Origin: an uncultured Serinicoccus sp.
Lineage (GTDB): Bacteria > Actinomycetota > Actinomycetes > Actinomycetales > Dermatophilaceae
Reading direction: 5' to 3'
DNA: 64,000 nt
NCBI RefSeq assembly: GCF_947487915.1
Contig: NZ_CANKYH010000011.1
Location: 9,919-73,918, forward strand
The notes below the pieces were generated by a model, which saw only the letters and a list, made by a program, of their open reading frames with translations, ran no database searches and was not told the origin of the DNA. Position 1 is the first letter of the stretch. Each line of letters opens with the position of its first letter. This document shows, piece after piece, positions 59,063 through 64,000 of the stretch. Made by a program: the position numbers and the translations under genes.

Positions 59063-59113
59063 CGGCCGGCGCGCAGGGGGTGTCCCGCCCCGCCGACGGG
59101 CCGACCGTCCTGC

Positions 59114-59665
<552 letters not shown>

Positions 59666-59735
59666 GCAGCCTGCTCCTTCGTCGTCCGGCGCTGACGACC
59701 CGGGCGGTCACGCACCCGCGTCCGGGACCATCCAA

Positions 59736-60734
59736 CTATGCCTCACCCTGCAGCCGCACCCCCTCCCCCGTCCGGGAGGCCCGGACCCCGCCGGGCAGGT
59801 GCAGCGGTCCCTGCCCGCGCCAGTCGGTGACGAGGGTGTCGACGGCCCGCAGGTGCTCCCCGGTGAGGTCGGTGCCCGGGCTGCCCTGCTCGAGCGCCAC
59901 CCGCCGCCACAGCCGGGTGCGGACCGCCCGGGGCAGCGCCGCCAGAGCCGGGGCACCCCACGGCTGCTCGCCCAGGTCGAGGTATGCCGTGTCCGCCAGC
60001 GCGTCCAGCGCGTCGGCGTCGTCGCGCAGCAGGTCGGCGGAACGCGCCAGGTTGCCGGCCAGGCCCGGGCCGAGGTCGCTCTCGAGCCCCGCGAGCGCCT
60101 GCCGGGCCCGCACCCGCGCGAAGCGGCGGTCCTCGTTGTGCGGGTCGCGGTGGGGCGCCAGGCCCAGCGCCGCGCAGGCGTCCGAGGTCTGCTGCCGGGA
60201 GAGCCCGAGCAGGGGCCGGCCGAGCAGCACACCCTCGCCCAGGGGCCGCCGGCCGACCATGCCGGCCAGCGAGCGGGCGCCGGACCCGCGGGCCAGGCCG
60301 AGCAGGACCTGCTCGGCCTGGTCGTCGCGGGTGTGCCCCAGCAGCACCGCCGCGGCGCCGAGCCGTCGCGCCCCGTCGGCCAGCGCGGCGTACCTCGCCC
60401 TCCGCGCGTCCGCCTCCGGACCGGCGCCCGAGGACGCGACCGCCACCCGTACCACCTCGACGGACGACCCGTCGGGGAGCAGCGACCGGCACCGGTCCAC
60501 AGCCTCCCGGGCCACGTCCGCCGACCCGGGCTGCAGCCCGTGGTCCACGACGACGGCACCGACGGCATACCCGGCGCGGGGGGCGACGAAGCCGGTCGCC
60601 GCCGTCAGCGCCAGCGAGTCGGCCCCGCCGGAGCACGCGAGCAGCACCAGCGACCCCCGCTCCAGGCCGCTGCCGTCCAGCCACCGGCGCACCGCGACGC
60701 GCGCGTCCGCCAGGGCCGGGGGCGGTCCGGGCAC
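59736..60734 (-). CDS. tilS: tRNA(Ile)-lysidine synthase
   Basis: ACSGGADS PP-loop, DHGLQ, ARRARY, GHTRDDQAE, DPHNED. Confidence 0.96.
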   Translation of the reverse strand: MPGPPPALADARVAVRRWLDGSGLERGSLVLLACSGGADSLALTAATGFVAPRAGYAVGAVVVDHGLQPGSADVAREAVDRCRSLLPDGSSVEVVRVAVASSGAGPEADARRARYAALADGARRLGAAAVLLGHTRDDQAEQVLLGLARGSGARSLAGMVGRRPLGEGVLLGRPLLGLSRQQTSDACAALGLAPHRDPHNEDRRFARVRARQALAGLESDLGPGLAGNLARSADLLRDDADALDALADTAYLDLGEQPWGAPALAALPRAVRTRLWRRVALEQGSPGTDLTGEHLRAVDTLVTDWRGQGPLHLPGGVRASRTGEGVRLQGEA

Positions 60735-60738
60735 CGGC

Positions 60739-61872
60739 TCAGCCGTGGACGCGGGCGACCCACGCCTGCGGGTCGGCGATCTCGGTCGGCCGGGGCAGGG
60801 TCTGCGGCGAGGTCCAGACGCGGTTGAACCCCTCCACGCCGACCTGGTCCTGGACCGCCCGGACGAAGATCGCGCCGTCCTTGTACTGCCTCATCTTCGC
60901 CTCCATGCCGAGCAGCCGGCGCAGCAGCTTGTCGACGTTGCCGGCGCCCTTGCGCCGCTGCGTGAACCGGCGGCGGATCTCGGCCACCGAGGGGATGACG
61001 CTGGGCCCGACCTCGTCCATGACCACGTCGGCATGACCCTCGAGCAGGGACATGACAGCGGTGACCTCGGCGAGCTTCTCCCGCTGCTCGGGCGTGGCGA
61101 CGACCTGCGTGATGTCCGCCTCGCCGCGGATGACGTCGGGGAGGGCGCCGGCGATCTCCCTGAGCCGCTGCCCGAGGTCCTCCGGCTCGGGCATGATCCG
61201 GGTGCCCATGCTGCGGGCCCGCTCGATGACGTGCTCGCGCAGCCAGGGCACCGCGGTGAACTGCACCCGGTGGGTCTCCTCGTGCATGGCGACCCACAGG
61301 CGGAAGTCCCCGGGGTCCACGCCGAGCTCGCGCTCGGCCGCGAGGATGTTGGGGGCGACGAACATCAGGGAGGGGGTGCCCTGCGGGGAGAGGTCGTACT
61401 GGCCCAGCACCTTGGTCGAGATCCACGACAGCAGACCCGCGACCTCGGTGCCCGTGACCTTGGCCGAGATGGCCTGCGAGGTGGCGCCCAGGTCCGGCAG
61501 CTCCCGGCCGGCCCGCTGTGCCCGGGCCCGGTCGGCGGCCCGCTTCTTGCGCACCACCTCGTCGAGGACGGGGGCGAGCATGGCGTCCATCGAGGCGCAG
61601 TTGGCGCGGATCCAGCCGGCCCGGTCGACCACCAGCGCCTCGGGGGTGCCGGGCGGGGTGGACAGCCGGGCGGTCGTGGCGACCGGGTCCACGGCCCGCG
61701 CGGCGGCGGACCGCAGGTCGGTGACCAGCTCGGTGATCTCGCGCCGGCTCGCCCGCGGCCCGGGGGGCGCCAACCGCGCGGCGGCCGCGGCGGCGAAGTC
61801 CCAGTCCACGAGGGCGCTGCCCCGCACGTCGTCGAGGGGAACGTCGTCGGTGGGGGCGGGATGCTCGCTCAT
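60739..61872 (-). CDS. Zinc-dependent metalloprotease (DUF2342-type)
   Basis: VLGQYD, FRLWVAMHEETHRVQF (HExxH), MSLLEGHAD, KMRQY; TACCGT-N6-ATG. Confidence 0.9.
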   Translation of the reverse strand: MSEHPAPTDDVPLDDVRGSALVDWDFAAAAAARLAPPGPRASRREITELVTDLRSAAARAVDPVATTARLSTPPGTPEALVVDRAGWIRANCASMDAMLAPVLDEVVRKKRAADRARAQRAGRELPDLGATSQAISAKVTGTEVAGLLSWISTKVLGQYDLSPQGTPSLMFVAPNILAAERELGVDPGDFRLWVAMHEETHRVQFTAVPWLREHVIERARSMGTRIMPEPEDLGQRLREIAGALPDVIRGEADITQVVATPEQREKLAEVTAVMSLLEGHADVVMDEVGPSVIPSVAEIRRRFTQRRKGAGNVDKLLRRLLGMEAKMRQYKDGAIFVRAVQDQVGVEGFNRVWTSPQTLPRPTEIADPQAWVARVHG

Positions 61873-61918
61873 GCGGTGACGGTATGCGCTCGCTCGCCCC
61901 CGCGGCGACCCGGGATGC

Positions 61919-63436
61919 TCAGCAGCCGCACCGGGCGAGGTCGGCGACCACCTCGTCCAGCACCGAGGCCGCCTCGATCGCGGCGGAGCCCCGGTCGATG
62001 TCGTCGGCCGTCAGGGCGTAGACGAGCAGCCGCCCGTCGCGGGTCACGACCGTGCCGGCGAGCGAGCTGACCCCGGGCAGGGTGCCGGTCTTGGCGCGGG
62101 CGTTGCCGACGGCCGGGTCGTGGACCTCGAGGTGGAACCGGGTGGCGAGGGTGCCGGTGTAGCCGGCGATCGGCAGGCCGCCCGCGGCGAGCACCTCCTG
62201 CAACCGGGGGTGGGAGCCGTCGGCGCCGGCCACGAGGACGTCGGCGACGGCGGCGACCGGGATGAGGGTGCCTTCGGACAGCCCGCTGGCGTCCGTGAGG
62301 CGGACCCCCGTCATGTCCAGCCCGTAGTCGTCGACCATCGTCTGCCGGATCCAGGCGGTGACCGACTCCTGGTCGGCCGCCTCGCCGTCGGCCACCGCGG
62401 CCTGTCGGGCCAGCTGCTCGACCATGGCGTTGTCACTGGTCGCCAGCGCCAGCGCCAGCACGTCGCGGGCCGCCGCGGACTCCACCGTGGCGAGCTCGCG
62501 GGCGTCCGGCGCCACCTGCACCTCCTCCGCCCGGGCGTCGTCGTCCCCGGCGCCCTCGACCTCGACGCCTTCCTCCGCGAGCGCCTCGCGGAACACCCGG
62601 GCCACCTGCTGCTCGGGCGCGCGGGGCGAGGGGTTGAAGGGTCGGGCGCGGTCGGCCGAGCGGCCGATCTGCACGATGCGGCCGGCGTAGCCCTCGTCGA
62701 GCCAGCGGTCGATCCACGTGGGCATGGCGTGCGGACCCTCGACGTAGGTCAGGTCCAGGCTCACCCGGACCGGTCCGTCGGGAGCGGCCTCGCCGGCCTC
62801 CTGCGCGGACCCGAGCGAGGCCGCGGTCTGCGCCGCCAGGTCGCTGATCCCGGCGTGCCCGGCCACGGCCTCCGGGTCGCCGGCGCCGTCGGCGAGCAGC
62901 ATGTCCCCCCCGGCGACGAGCACCACCTCACCCGGGTCGGCGCCCGCGACCACCCGCGTGGTGAAGGTGTGGTCCCCCGGCAGCCCGGTGACGACGGCCG
63001 CGGCGGCGAGCAGCTTGGTCGTCGAGGCCGGGGTGACCAGACGGGAGGAGTAGCGGTCGCCCAGCGGCTCACCGGTGAGGGCGTCGCGGATGGCGACGGC
63101 GCGGCGGGTGGTGCCGCCCAGCCAGGTGCTGTCGAGCTCGTCGCTGATCTGCCCGGACACGGCGCCGCGGTCCGGCACCGGCGCCGTGGTGACCGGCCGC
63201 AGGGGCTCCGTGGCGGGCGCGATCCGCGGGCGCACCTCGCCCGGGGACGGCGCGGCGTCCGTCGTGGTGGTGGCCCGGTCCTGCGCCGGCGCGTCCTCCG
63301 TGGCGCCGACCTGCTCGGAGGCGGCGGCGCGCGGGCCGGCCGTCCCGGGCGCGAGCGAACCGAGGGCGACCGCGAGCGCGGTGACCCCGGCGAGGGCATA
63401 CCGTGTGCTGCGGGGGGTGCTGCGCAGACCTTCCAC
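61919..63436 (-). CDS. dacB: D-Ala-D-Ala carboxypeptidase/endopeptidase (peptidase S13, PBP4)
   Basis: PASTTK (SxxK), SDN, KTGTL; start uncertain. Confidence 0.93.
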   Translation of the reverse strand: MEGLRSTPRSTRYALAGVTALAVALGSLAPGTAGPRAAASEQVGATEDAPAQDRATTTTDAAPSPGEVRPRIAPATEPLRPVTTAPVPDRGAVSGQISDELDSTWLGGTTRRAVAIRDALTGEPLGDRYSSRLVTPASTTKLLAAAAVVTGLPGDHTFTTRVVAGADPGEVVLVAGGDMLLADGAGDPEAVAGHAGISDLAAQTAASLGSAQEAGEAAPDGPVRVSLDLTYVEGPHAMPTWIDRWLDEGYAGRIVQIGRSADRARPFNPSPRAPEQQVARVFREALAEEGVEVEGAGDDDARAEEVQVAPDARELATVESAAARDVLALALATSDNAMVEQLARQAAVADGEAADQESVTAWIRQTMVDDYGLDMTGVRLTDASGLSEGTLIPVAAVADVLVAGADGSHPRLQEVLAAGGLPIAGYTGTLATRFHLEVHDPAVGNARAKTGTLPGVSSLAGTVVTRDGRLLVYALTADDIDRGSAAIEAASVLDEVVADLARCGC

Positions 63437-63527
63437 CGACGTGCTCGACCTCCGTCGTCCCGGACCCCCCGGATGAGGGACACTGGGGGCCGAGCCTATG
63501 CCGTCCCCGAGCCGAAGAGAGCAGCAG

Positions 63528-64000
63528 ATGCAGTTCGACGTGACGATCGAGATCCCGCAGGGCAGCCGCAACAAGTACGAGGTCGACCACGCGACCGGCC
63601 GGATCCGGCTGGACCGCATGCTCTTCACCGCGACCCGCTACCCCGCCGACTACGGCTACATCGAGGAGACCCTCGGCGAGGACGGCGACCCGCTGGACGC
63701 GCTGGTGCTCCTCGACGAGCCGACCTGGCCCGGCTGCCTGGTGCTCGCCCGACCGATCGGCATGTTCCACATGCGCGACGAGGCCGGTGGTGACGACAAG
63801 ATCATCTGCGTGCCCGCCGAGGACCCGCGCAAGCTGGGCATCCAGAACCTGGACGACATCGGCACCCACACCCGGCTGGAGATCCAGCACTTCTTCGAGG
63901 TCTACAAGGACCTCGAGCCGGGCAAGTCCGTCGAGGGCGCCCACTGGGCCGGCCGGGAGGAGGCCGAGCAGTGCTACCTCGAGTCCGTGAAGCGCGCCAA
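63528..64000 (+). CDS. ppa: Inorganic pyrophosphatase (runs off window; not in ORF track)
   Basis: [56 protein letters not shown]. Confidence 0.96.
   Translation, partial: MQFDVTIEIPQGSRNKYEVDHATGRIRLDRMLFTATRYPADYGYIEETLGEDGDPLDALVLLDEPTWPGCLVLARPIGMFHMRDEAGGDDKIICVPAEDPRKLGIQNLDDIGTHTRLEIQHFFEVYKDLEPGKSVEGAHWAGREEAEQCYLESVKRA

Overview
A very GC-rich (about 74% by eye), gene-dense window from an actinobacterium. It is probably Micrococcales, plausibly Ornithinimicrobiaceae; this is inferred from gene order and peptidoglycan-bridge genes, not from a search. Most of it is core genome. Left to right: cold-shock/amtB; the menaquinone cluster (menC, menB, menE, menA) with accessory genes inserted; cytochrome c maturation (ccsB-resB-ccdA-resA); the haem operon (rex-hemA-hemC-hemD-hemB, hemL); bS22, acuC, proC and proline dehydrogenase; a TetR-ABC exporter; radA-disA-mutY; FemX, a D-Asp ligase-like gene and an SH3b-NlpC/P60 hydrolase; clpC; an NHEJ cassette (ku plus split ligD); lsr2, lysS and ada/alkA-ogt; a MidA-like methyltransferase with an orphan nuoD; folE-folP-folBK, ftsH, hpt, tilS, dacB and ppa. 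I found no rRNA, tRNA, transposase, prophage or cas gene. The most unusual signals are: (1) the heptamer GGCATAC/GTATGCC, counted by eye 39 times on both strands and in several reading frames, sometimes at the cost of very rare codons; (2) an AbiEi-HTH/DUF559 endonuclease gene between two direct, internally palindromic repeats that carry this same motif; (3) a 0.9-kb modular array of ten 40-bp hairpins between menA and DUF4229; (4) a Ppx/GppA gene collapsed to a 36-codon leader ORF; (5) the MidA-like methyltransferase/orphan NuoD pair. Starts were refined by eye from RBS or -10 spacing, and all product calls rest on recalled motifs, not database searches.
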